Notes under the pieces: model-generated
What the model saw: the letters and a program-made list of their open reading frames with translations, nothing else
Databases searched by the model: none
Told to the model about the DNA's origin: nothing
Shown here: positions 11,921 to 23,697 of the stretch, in pieces
Layout of the letters: every line of letters starts with the position of its first letter
How positions within the stretch are numbered: the stretch's first letter is position 1
NCBI RefSeq assembly: GCF_001194135.2
Contig: NC_068984.1
Location: 104,788,264 to 104,832,710, forward strand
DNA from: Octopus bimaculoides
Taxonomy: Eukaryota
Reading direction: 5' to 3'
DNA: 44,447 nucleotides
Made by a program: the position numbers and the translations under genes

Positions 11921-12744
11921 CTAGAAATATAATTAAAATCATTGAGTATAATTATTGTTAAAATAATTTTATTTATTTATTTTGTGATGAACAGTAAGGA
12001 AAAACTCTTTAGTTAGCAAACAGTAGTTCAATATAAATAGATAGAACTATCAAGGGAAGTTACTAAATATAGCACCTTCTTTCGTTAGCACCAACTCAGA
12101 AATAAAATGTAAGCACTGTTCCTTTACCATTTAAAAATGTGAATAAAGGATGAGAAAAATCGGAAATAAAAGTTAAATTCAGTAAAAGATTCCTCATGCT
12201 GGCATAAGACAACAAATCTGGTAGAAGGTGAGGAATGCAAGTTAAACATTAATGTCTTCATGTCCGCATTTAAAGAGACGAGAATTTGTTAAGAATGGGA
12301 ATTAAAACCATGTCACAAATTTGATTTTCTCAGAGCTTACCACTGCATATTCATTTTATGTAATGATTTATAGAATATCCTTTATCGATATATCCCAAAG
12401 ACTAACCTTCTTATCTCCAGTACTAGCCTTCCAACATATTCATCTTTCTTCCTCTCATCATCCATATAACATTTCTTATTCCAGGCCCCACACTAAATAT
12501 TTTTCTCCAATCATTTTCCCTGGATCATTACCCCTATGTAATTCTCTTTGTTGAGAGGCTGTTATGCAAGCTAAATATCACTGCAGCAATCTTGTCACAC
12601 TTGGAAAAACTGTAAAAGGCATGGATACAGCTCCTTTTACCTAATAAAACTGTAAAAGCTATTATGAATGGTTTTAGCTTATAGCACAGTTTTATTTGTA
12701 ATCTGATACTAAATTCTACTACGGATAATATACATAAACATATG

Positions 12745-12882
12745 CAAGCATGGTTGTGTGGTTAAGAAGTCTGCTTCTCAAATGGATGGTTTTGGTTTAG
12801 TCTTACTGCACAGCAGATTGGACAGCTGCCTTCTACTATAGCCCCAGGCTGACCAATACCTCATGAATAAATTAGGTAGAAA

Positions 12883-12941
<59 letters not shown>

Positions 12942-13165
12942 ATGTGTGGGTGCTTGTGTTAATATTTACATTTAGTGCAGAACTACAAACAAGGATATCT
13001 TTTGTCATTCCTTGTCAACATGTCTGCCGACTCTGTGCTTTCAAAGATGAATGAAATTAAAAAAGTAGGTAAGGGTTAGCAACAGGGTGAGCATCCAGCT
13101 GTAAAGCAATATCCCAATGATAAGCATTTGTCTTGTCCATGCTACTAGCATGGAGAAACATATAA
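12745..13165 (+). mobile_element. Old SINE with central (TG)/(AG)n and RTE-type tail
   Basis: SINE head 'gcatggttgtgtggttaagaagt', (AG)n at 12899-12939, tail 'gagcatccagctgtaaag...agcatggagaaa'. Confidence 0.7.
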
Positions 13166-15283
13166 AATGAATGTAAACAATGAACAATTGTTAAAGAAAT
13201 AAATTCCTGTTGAAGGTATCATTTAAGAAGAATATGTTTTTTACTTCATTTTTACATTTAGATAAAACATGAATTTAAACAGGAAAGTTTCAGAGATGCA
13301 TAAAAATCTTATTTTTTCATACTTCCTATATTTTGTTTAGAGGGGTTATGCTTTAAACCATTGAGGGATACAGACTGATTAACTATTAACTTAATCATTT
13401 GGTATTTTATTTTATTTTGTACTTAACAACATATAAAATGTACAAACAGTGTTAAAATACACACATTTCATTATGAGTAAGGCTATTGAAATGCTGAGTA
13501 ATAATGAAGCAATTCAATGACAACCCATGGAAATTCTATATTCGTGCATTCATAGCATTCAAATACGAAATGTGGTGTAGATAAAAATGCTAAATATGAC
13601 AGATAATATGCAAAAAATTTACTTTTTATGTAAAGACACCTTGAAAAAAACAAAACAAAATGATAAATTATGTAGGATTTTTCGCATGAAATTAATTATT
13701 TTGGACCTTTAATTAAGAACAAAAAATGAAAATATGAAACCTATTTTGAAATTGGAGTTAATATTATATGGCTTGAAGTATTTTTTATCCTTCATCATTT
13801 TATCATTACTTCCTTCTCAATTTCATACCTCTATACCTCATTCTATTTTGGCTACTAGGTAGAGTTGATGATATATGTTCCTTAACTAACTTCTCAGCAT
13901 CCAGTCTATTTTATATACCAGAATTCCTTCTTACATCTTCCTTTTTTCTTAATCAAACTCTAAAATTTCATATTCTAGTGTCAATGTCAGTTTTTCTGAA
14001 TTCCCAACTAAAGACTGACGCAAGATTTGGAAAAAATATAAACAAAAATATAATATAAGATAAAATATAAATAAAAATAAATTAATGACAGAGAAGTAGT
14101 CTTCACTTTTCTTTGGTAAAAAATTGGCAAAAAAAATAACACGACTGTTTATTGTGTCTGTTGGGACTACTTTGATGGAGATTGAGATGAAGGTGTTAAG
14201 TAGAACTGTGAAGGTACATTTATATAGATTCCAGACCAAAATAGTTCAGTACACTGATACTCTCTTCTCAATTCTTTGCTGATACTAAAATCAACAGTTT
14301 ATGCTTTTAGTAAAAAAATCTTTGAAAGAAATAGGATTGAGAAGTTGGGAAGAAAATGGTTAGAAAAGAAAGATTATTCTCTAGAAAACAGCTGTTTACT
14401 GATGCTTGTAACAATAAGTTTGGAAATTATTGAAAGCTAACATATAAGACAACAATTCAAAGTAGTTTAAGTGTTGCTTTTTTTTCTTTCTTTTCATTTG
14501 CTTTTCGATCTTAAAAAGATACTCACAGAGACATTTACAAGGTAAATAATGAATGAAAGGACAGGTGGAAAAACAATGTAAGGTTTTAGGCCAGGTGTAG
14601 AAAGCTCTTCACTTGCAAGAATTGTTATATTTTTATTGATTGAGTATTTGGAATTCTCTTCTTTTCAGCTTGATATCCTTGTAATGCTGGTTGCTTTCAC
14701 ATTTTGTGTGAAATGATACAATAGAGACTCTCTTTGAAGCTTGGAAAGCACTATTATGAAGAGGTAAAGTATAAGATGTTAAAATATATCTGTAATAAAA
14801 TAATTTCTTTTTTCATCAGTTACTAAATAACTTATTGAAAAATATCCACCAGATGAGCAGCATCATAGCTGTATGGTTAAGAAGTTCTTTTCATGATTAT
14901 GATGCTTTTGGTTCCAGTCCATTGTGTATCTTCTACCATAGCCTCCGATTGTTCCAATCATTGTGGATGGAATTTGGTAAAAGGAAACTGTAAGAGATCA
15001 GTTCATTGGAAAGACCATTTTATTCATGGGTGGTAGATTTTAAACTGACATTCAGCTTAATACTATCACTTAGCTTTTGAGGTGCCTTTAGCAAAGTATG
15101 ATATGTCACAAATATTTTGATCAGGCCTTAGATCATTGAAGAACAGCTTCCCTTCCCAGCATTCAACTTAGAGCTTCTGAAAAGGGTCATGGGCACTGCT
15201 ATGTATGCTTCTATTTATGCATATGTATATCCATATATACATGCATAGATACACACATATATGCAGTACCAGACCAGAATGTC

Positions 15284-15594
15284 ATCATCATCATCATCAT
15301 TGTTTAACGTCCGCTTTCCATGCTAGCATGGGTTGGACGATTTGACTGAGGACTGGTGAAACCGGATGGCAACACCAGGCTCCAGTCTGATTTGGCAGAG
15401 TTTCTACAGCTGGATGCCCTTCCTAACGCCAACCACTCAGAGAGTGTAGTGGGTGCTTTTACGTGTCACCCGCACGAAAACGGCCACGCTCGAAATGGTG
15501 TCTTTTATGTGCCACCCGCACAAGCCAGTCCAGGGGCACTGGCAACGATCTCGCTCGAAAATCCTACAGGAGCCAGTCAGGCGGTACTGGCAAC
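15284..15594 (-). mobile_element. Young RTE 3' UTR/tail element (runs into gap)
   Basis: (TCA)n tail, then 'gtttaacgtccgctttccatgctagcatgggttggacg...'. Nearly identical to 38735-39020 and 44404-44447, with CpGs retained. Confidence 0.9.
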
Positions 15595-16258
15595 NNNNNN
15601 NNNNNNNNNNNNNNNNNNNNNNNNNNNNNNNNNNNNNNNNNNNNNNNNNNNNNNNNNNNNNNNNNNNNNNNNNNNNNNNNNNNNNNNNNNNNNNNNNNNN
15701 NNNNNNNNNNNNNNNNNNNNNNNNNNNNNNNNNNNNNNNNNNNNNNNNNNNNNNNNNNNNNNNNNNNNNNNNNNNNNNNNNNNNNNNNNNNNNNNNNNNN
15801 NNNNNNNNNNNNNNNNNNNNNNNNNNNNNNNNNNNNNNNNNNNNNNNNNNNNNNNNNNNNNNNNNNNNNNNNNNNNNNNNNNNNNNNNNNNNNNNNNNNN
15901 NNNNNNNNNNNNNNNNNNNNNNNNNNNNNNNNNNNNNNNNNNNNNNNNNNNNNNNNNNNNNNNNNNNNNNNNNNNNNNNNNNNNNNNNNNNNNNNNNNNN
16001 NNNNNNNNNNNNNNNNNNNNNNNNNNNNNNNNNNNNNNNNNNNNNNNNNNNNNNNNNNNNNNNNNNNNNNNNNNNNNNNNNNNNNNNNNNNNNNNNNNNN
16101 NNNNNNNNNNNNNNNNNNNNNNNNNNNNNNNNNNNNNNNNNNNNNNNNNNNNNNNNNNNNNNNNNNNNNNNNNNNNNNNNNNNNNNNNNNNNNNNNNNNN
16201 NNNNNNNNNNNNNNNNNNNNNNNNNNNNNNNNNNNNNNNNNNNNNNNNNNNNNNNNNN
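15595..16258. other. Assembly gap (N run)
   Basis: N bases. Other gaps: 19462-19804, 20905-21400, 31017-31578, 32867-33026, 33700-34114, 38116-38224, 42682-42691. Confidence 0.97.
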
Positions 16259-17288
16259 CAGCTGCTAGCATAATGAAAACAGCCAAAATGTTTGGTGTAT
16301 CAAGAAGTACTGTCTCGAAAGTAATGACAGCCTTTGAGAAAGAGGGAAAAACCTCCTTGTCGAAACAAAACTCCGGAAGAAAACCAAAACTTTCAGATAG
16401 GGACTGTCGGACTCTTACACGAATTGTTAGAAAGGATCACAAAAGTACAGCTCCCAAAATTACTGCAGAGCTTAATGACCACCTCAAGAACCCAGTTTCC
16501 ACAAAAACTGTTCACAGAAGCTGCACAAAGCCAGATTTCACAGGAGGGCTGCAATCAGAAAACCACTACTTTCAAAAACAAACATTGCAAAGCATTTAGA
16601 GTGGAGTAAAAACCTACAGAATTGGTTCCTAGAGCAATGGAAGAATGTTATTTTCCGTGACGAATCATCCATTACCTTATTTCTGACCACCGGCCAAGTA
16701 TATATGTGGAGACAGCCAAAAGAAGCATTTGACCCAGACTACCTTTTTCCAACTGTTAAACAGGAAGGAGGATCTGTGATGATCTGGGGGACTATATCTT
16801 GGAAATCCATCAGACCAATGGTTTCCCTTCATTGCAGAATTAATAGTCAAGACTATTTAAGCATTTTATCTGATCAAATTAATCCTATGGTTGCGGAACT
16901 ATTTCTGAAGGGAAACACAATCTTTCAGGATGATAATGCACCAATTCACATGGCTAAAGTTGTTACTGAATGGCACGAGGAACATTTTAGTGAAGTTGAA
17001 CACCTTATCTGGCCACCACAGTCCCCAGACTTCAATATTATTGAACATTTATGGTGCATTTTAGAAAAACAAGTAAGGAGTCAATATCCTCCATCATCAT
17101 CACTACAATAACTGGAGAGTGTTTTAGCTAAAGAATGGACAAAATTCCTTTGGAAACAATTCAAACTTTGTACAAGTCCATACCTTGTAGAAGTCAAGTT
17201 GTAATTACTGCCAAAGGCAGTCCCACCTCATATTAAAATAAATTTGTTTGAAATTTTAAGGTGTTTCCATTATTTTGTCCAACTCCTG
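16259..17288 (+). mobile_element. Tc1-like DNA transposon, transposase pseudogene with DD36E spacing; right TIR present
   Basis: HTH region AKMFGVSRSTVSKV...GRKPKLSDRD, one frameshift near 16520, then VIFRDES...GGSVMIWG...FQDDNAPIH...WPPQSPDFNIIE with 36 residues between the second D and E. In-frame stop at 17109-17111. Ends 'ggtgtttccattattttgtccaactcctg' followed by TA. The left end is hidden in the gap. Confidence 0.92.
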
Positions 17289-17827
17289 TATATTTTTTGT
17301 TTTCTGGAAAAGTGTTTATGAGAAATGGTGCTCTTGTAGAAATGGAATGTATGTAGTGGTACTATATGTATAGCTTTTTCAGTGGGGAGGATACACATAT
17401 GTGTTGGTATACTTTCTTTTTTTATGTTTTGGTTAAATTCTTGGGACACACACACTCTAACATGCGAACATCCACCCATTAGATCATTTTCCACCACCCC
17501 CATTATAGGCCTCCACATATATTGTACCCCTATACATACTGCATGCATATGTAAATGTCCCAAAAATTTAACTAAAATATAAAAGAAAGAAAACACATTC
17601 ACAAACACAGATGTGCATGCCACCCCCATCCCCGCAAAGGTTATAGATATAGTACCACTGTTACCTAACTCACCATTGAACCTCTAGTGTGAAACTAGAT
17701 TGGTAAGATCAACCATAATGGATATATATAATATAGTAAACTTCAATTAATATACCCACTCTGCTGACAGATATATGAGTGTATTTTTTCCTGACTTATG
17801 GATTCTTAGATGACTTACACACACAAC

Positions 17828-17934
<107 letters not shown>

Positions 17935-18699
17935 CATGATCATCTCAGTTATTGTTTTTTGACCCATTTAGGAAAATATGATGATGATGATCATATATAT
18001 ATTTACTCTTCATTTACTTAACAAATTTGACAAGGGCTTAATTGATGAAGAAAGTGTCCATCTTAGAAATTGAGATTCAGATTGTAAAAATATGACAAAG
18101 TAACTTTGAAATAAGGAAAAGTAAGAATATTCATGTCATATTTGATAAAGAAAGAGATTATAGAGTTAGTCTGAATATAGCTGTACAAATATTTAGAAAT
18201 CAACGAACTAGACAGACTACAACAGACACAAATGAAAAAAAGATTAGGTCAGAACATTATACATGTATTTGACTAATACTTAAAACAGAACTAAGCTCAA
18301 AGAAATATATCAATAGACTCAGCATTCTAGGTGTTTTGGTGATAAGTTATGTTGTTCTCAATGTGATGCTCCATGAGTTAGATTAAATAAGAATTATGAT
18401 TGCATTTACAATATACGTACTTCCACAATTTGATATAGAAAAATTATATTTTTTATAAATTCAGGAAAGTAAAGGCTTTTTATCATTTTCAATATCCATT
18501 TTTTATGCTTGCATGGGGTTAGATAGTTCATTGAGATATTTTCTTCAGCCAGATGTCCTTCCTGTCACAATTTCTCTCCTGTTTCCTAGTAAGTTGACAT
18601 TTCTCTTTGGTTGGATATATTTTCATAGAAGACTAAAAACAAATGACAGTACTTGCATGACTATGGAGTTGCTTACAACCATCAAGCAATGTTAGTACG

Positions 18700-18830
18700 A
18701 AGATACAGACACACACAAGCACATACAATGAGCTTCTTTCAGTTTTTGTCTGCCTAATCTAGTCGCTAGGCTTTGGTAGGCTCAGGGATATAGTAGTGAA
18801 CCCAAAACCATGTGACTGGGAAGTCACATC
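18700..18830 (-). mobile_element. SINE fragment
   Basis: 'gagcttctttcagtttttgtctgcc...ggctttggt.ggctcagggatatagtag...aaaaccatgtg' matches the reverse strand of the SINE body. Confidence 0.65.
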
Positions 18831-18990
18831 TATGCCTTCTGACTGAAGAAAGGCCTTCAGCAACTAAGAAACTGTTATAGAACTTGAAAAATGTTTAATG
18901 AAGAACAATAGGAAAGTAAGACAAGCAGCTATATAACAAACAAAACAAATCTCAGTCTATTAAACATCGTTTTTCTCTATTTCATATATA

Positions 18991-19461
18991 TATATAAGTC
19001 AGTAAATAATGGGGTTGTGTTAACCGTACGTGGAGAAATAATAGGAAAATAAAAATAAGACAGAATGCTAAACTGAAAGCATATTTTAATATAGACTTCT
19101 AACCGGTTTTCATTACATGGCAAATTTTCAAGAAGAGGGAGAATGAAAATGTTTTTTACAAAAAAGTAAAAAATGAAAAAAATAATATATAAAAAAATAA
19201 ATATACCAATACATTATATTGTCTTTGAGCTTTTAAAGTTCAATGGTAATCTATGTAGATAATAGTTGGAAAAATAAGGATGCATGAAAATTGAGAGTTG
19301 TGTTAGGTTTAAAAAAGGAGCTAAAGTTTTATGAGTTAAGCAGAAAGTGTGGTGTCAAAACAGGAAGTGTGTGTAAGGGGAGACAAATCTCTTTAGTTGG
19401 AGTTATGTCTCCCTTTACACACACTTCCTGCTTAACACATAAACCTTTAGCTCCTTTTTTA
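18991..19461. mobile_element. Interspersed repeat, copy 1 (Penelope-like terminal repeat candidate) with foldback
   Basis: Aligns over ~400 bp with 29281-29690. Contains a hammerhead-like motif on the minus strand (19096-19135) and an inverted repeat, 19311-19390 vs 19400-19461. Confidence 0.7.
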
Positions 19462-19804
19462 NNNNNNNNNNNNNNNNNNNNNNNNNNNNNNNNNNNNNNN
19501 NNNNNNNNNNNNNNNNNNNNNNNNNNNNNNNNNNNNNNNNNNNNNNNNNNNNNNNNNNNNNNNNNNNNNNNNNNNNNNNNNNNNNNNNNNNNNNNNNNNN
19601 NNNNNNNNNNNNNNNNNNNNNNNNNNNNNNNNNNNNNNNNNNNNNNNNNNNNNNNNNNNNNNNNNNNNNNNNNNNNNNNNNNNNNNNNNNNNNNNNNNNN
19701 NNNNNNNNNNNNNNNNNNNNNNNNNNNNNNNNNNNNNNNNNNNNNNNNNNNNNNNNNNNNNNNNNNNNNNNNNNNNNNNNNNNNNNNNNNNNNNNNNNNN
19801 NNNN

Positions 19805-19885
<81 letters not shown>

Positions 19886-19931
19886 TACATATATATTACA
19901 TACATACATGTATATTTATATGTATGTATGC

Positions 19932-19986
<55 letters not shown>

Positions 19987-20860
19987 GACACATATATATA
20001 AATATATGTTTAGTGTTGACTGTTGGGAGAAAGAGTACTCAATACTGTAGTAAAGATTAATATTTTTATTTTGGTCATAACTTACCTGATGGCTTCCTGA
20101 ACATACACACAAAATTTCAATGTAGTATGTCACTGACTCTACCAAAATATAAATATTATAAATGTATGTGTGTACAGAAGCATGAATGCATATATTTATG
20201 TTTCTTAATCAAAGCATCCGGAGGCATAAATGACTGTTATCAGAATATAAGGTACTTGTTAGGTCAGTCAACTACTAGCTAAAATATAACAGAAAATTGC
20301 TAACACATTGGAAAGTTACAGTCAAATTCTTCAAGGAACTAATAAATATTTTGTGTGACTAAATATCTTTAAAAAAAAACTAAAGCAAGTTAAGAATGAT
20401 CCAATTTTGAAATAACAGTATTTTTAACACCCTAAAACTGAAATGAGTGAAGGAACTTGGAAAGTAATATAGGGGAAATGTTATATTAGCCGGTTCATAT
20501 ATTAGCAGGGTGTTGTCATTAATTTTCTAAATGACAACACCCAAACAGTATTTAGAATTTCAGTCTCTAGAGAAGTGGATAAATTCGGTTACATTCAAAA
20601 GTAGGTAACTAACTTTTTAGAGCTAATTCTTAAATAATTTTAGGAAGAAAAAGATCAAACAAAATTTTTGGTATTTGATGAAGTGAAATGCTCAATGTTG
20701 AATATTCTTTACTCTATTGGGTCAGATGGAATTCATTTTCTACCATTCAACAAATTAAGCTGACCCAGGCAAGTATGGAAATGCAGATGTTAAGACAATG
20801 ATGATGGTGATAACAAGAGGGAAGAGGATTATGAGGATGATTTATACATACATGCATATA

Positions 20861-20896
<36 letters not shown>

Positions 20897-21400
20897 CATA
20901 TATANNNNNNNNNNNNNNNNNNNNNNNNNNNNNNNNNNNNNNNNNNNNNNNNNNNNNNNNNNNNNNNNNNNNNNNNNNNNNNNNNNNNNNNNNNNNNNNN
21001 NNNNNNNNNNNNNNNNNNNNNNNNNNNNNNNNNNNNNNNNNNNNNNNNNNNNNNNNNNNNNNNNNNNNNNNNNNNNNNNNNNNNNNNNNNNNNNNNNNNN
21101 NNNNNNNNNNNNNNNNNNNNNNNNNNNNNNNNNNNNNNNNNNNNNNNNNNNNNNNNNNNNNNNNNNNNNNNNNNNNNNNNNNNNNNNNNNNNNNNNNNNN
21201 NNNNNNNNNNNNNNNNNNNNNNNNNNNNNNNNNNNNNNNNNNNNNNNNNNNNNNNNNNNNNNNNNNNNNNNNNNNNNNNNNNNNNNNNNNNNNNNNNNNN
21301 NNNNNNNNNNNNNNNNNNNNNNNNNNNNNNNNNNNNNNNNNNNNNNNNNNNNNNNNNNNNNNNNNNNNNNNNNNNNNNNNNNNNNNNNNNNNNNNNNNNN

Positions 21401-21447
<47 letters not shown>

Positions 21448-21479
21448 TCTTACTCCAGTATGTACATATATATACATTT

Positions 21480-22154
21480 ATGAGAGAAAAGTTGGGCGTA
21501 AGAAGCATCAAATGTGGTGTGCAAGAGAGACGATTGTGCCACCCCCTAACTGTGGAAGGAGCTTGTGGAAGAGGTAGACCCAGGAAGACATGGGATGAGG
21601 TGGTGAAGCATGACCTTCGAACATTGGGCCTCACAGAGGCAATGACAGGAAACTGAGACCTTTGGCTATGATTGAGAAGACCCAGCAACTAAAGTGAGGT
21701 TGCAGCCATGCATGTCCAGCCCAGTTAAGAGTACTCCTGATGCATCAGGTGATATGATATGCTTGAGAAGACATGTTGAGTCAAGTAAAACCAATATTGT
21801 AGCTGTGACCAGTGTCCCCTGACTGGCTCCCATGCTGCTGGCATGTAAAAAGAACCATCCAAACATGGTTGATGCCAGATCCGCCTGACTGGCTCCCATG
21901 CTGGTGGCATATAAAAAGCACTTTCTCAAAGTGATCGATGCCAGACCTGCCTCACTGGCTCCTGTGCCAGTGGTTCATAAAAAGCACCCACTACACTCTA
22001 GTAGTTATCATTAGGAAGGGCATCCAGTTGTAGAAACATTGCTAGATCAGATTGGAGCCTGGTGCAGCCGCTGGCTCTCCAGACCTCAGTCAAACCATGC
22101 AACCCATGCCAGCATGGAAAAAGGACTTTAAACGATGATGATGATGATGATGAT
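21480..22154 (+). mobile_element. RTE-clade LINE 3' end (ORF2 C-terminus, subrepeat-containing 3' UTR, GAT tail)
   Basis: EKLGVRSIKCGVQERRL...LTVEGACGRGRPRKTWDEVVKHDLRTLGLTEAMT, then three 'gactggctccc...aaaaagca' subrepeats and an 'aaacgatgatgatg' tail. Confidence 0.9.
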
Positions 22155-23697
22155 ATATAATATTTGTAAACAAATATATATTATTATGATATATCATTAT
22201 ACAGTTATACACACACACACAAACACATATTTGATAACAGGTTGATTTCTACTAAATGTGTAGAGTGCTACTTATTTTTGTTTATTTACCCATTTATAAT
22301 AATAATTGTTTCAAATGTTGGCAAAAGGCCAACTATTTTGAGGGTAGAAGTTCAGATGATACTACTGTCCCCAGTACTTCACTGGTACTTTATTTTATTT
22401 ATCCTGTGTATGTATGTATATGCACACACATATATGTATATATACATAATATTTTGCACATGAGGATGAGTGTGTGTATATGTTCCTATGTGAAGTAAGC
22501 TTCTTAACCACATAATTATGTGCACATCTGCTCCTCAACAAAAGCAAGAATGCTGTCATCTGGAAGGCTCTGAAGGAACTGACTAACAAGAGAACTTCCC
22601 CCAGTGATCCACATTGTAGGGGAAACCACTGATCAGCATTTACATTCTTGGTTTCAGCTCTTCAGATAGTTTCTTAGTAAAGCATAGATACACAACACCA
22701 GACTCAACAATGAACCTTTATCCAACCACAAAATAGCATATCGCTTGACAATCGATGAAACCCCATAGAATATGTCGTCATTAATTGAATAAGGTATCAG
22801 GAAGATCATGTTCTTAATTTTACTATGTCACTTTTGCTTAGGTAATTTTCTAAGCAGTAGTTGCAAGTAGCCATATTCCTTGCAGACTTTTGAGGGATTT
22901 GCTTGTGGATGCTTCTCCTCTTCTTACAATATTGACTCTAAAGGAATGCAAGCCAATTCATAGTGGTGGGGCTTGAACTCAGAATCTGAAAGAATGAAAC
23001 TAAGTAGTACTTGGCAGCCTACTATTTCTGTCACTCCACAGTAAATTGAAATGACAGGAATATATTGGAATATGGGTATTAGTTCTATTCCATAATCTAA
23101 TATTTAGTACAATGGTTACTAGCAAGCCATCCATCCAGCCAGCAAGCCAGCCACTCAACCACCCAGCTTAAAAAATATGTGCTAAAATTTGTAAAATAAA
23201 ACTTTCCAGTTTATCATGATATCATTTTATCTGCCAGAAATTGTACAATGAAATATGAGCAGAAAATATAGAAAAGTTATGGCATTAAAAGAGATGAAAA
23301 ATGATGAGCAAGATATGTGAAATATAAGGATAAACTGAATCTAGTTTTATGGATTAGAAAAAGTAAATAAAAAAAAAACTTTGTTTCATGAGGTAAAAAG
23401 AAAACTGCCACAAAAACTGGAATATTGGGCATGTAATGAAATTAAGTGATGAGATGTGGGGTATAATATTGCAAATTGAAATGGAAAACACAAAATAGTA
23501 AAGATACAAAAATACATTATCAGTAATCTTGAAGTGTTGGAAGGGGGTAATTAATGAGCTAAGATTAGGGAGAAGTAATTTTGCATTTCTGTCTAACATT
23601 CTTTATCATGGAAAAGAGTAATTGTGGATAGTGTTGCTTTTATAGTTTCACCTATTCTTATTGTATGTATGTATGTATGTATGTATGTATGAATGTA

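Noticed and set aside
14527-14611. Minus-strand open segment EELSTPGLKPYIVFPPVLSFIIYLVNVS with gtgagt donor
   Set aside because: Weak acceptor, incompatible phase and no homology recognised.
15356-16599. Long ORFs of 240-378 aa in the ORF track (also around 19291-20145, 20747-21688, 30889-31719, 33672-34151, 37940-38747)
   Set aside because: They are open only because they run through N gaps and microsatellites. Only the transposase portion after 16259 is real coding-derived sequence.
18840-18885. CTGAAGA...GAAA possible fourth hammerhead
   Set aside because: No convincing stem I or stem III pairing; stem II is only AAGG/CCTT with unpaired excess.
20086-20138. Minus-strand exon candidate with strong CAG|gtaagt donor (ESVTYYIEILCVCSGSHQ)
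   Set aside because: No recognisable domain, ambiguous acceptor, and a phase-0 exit that cannot join the phase-1 ankyrin exon directly.
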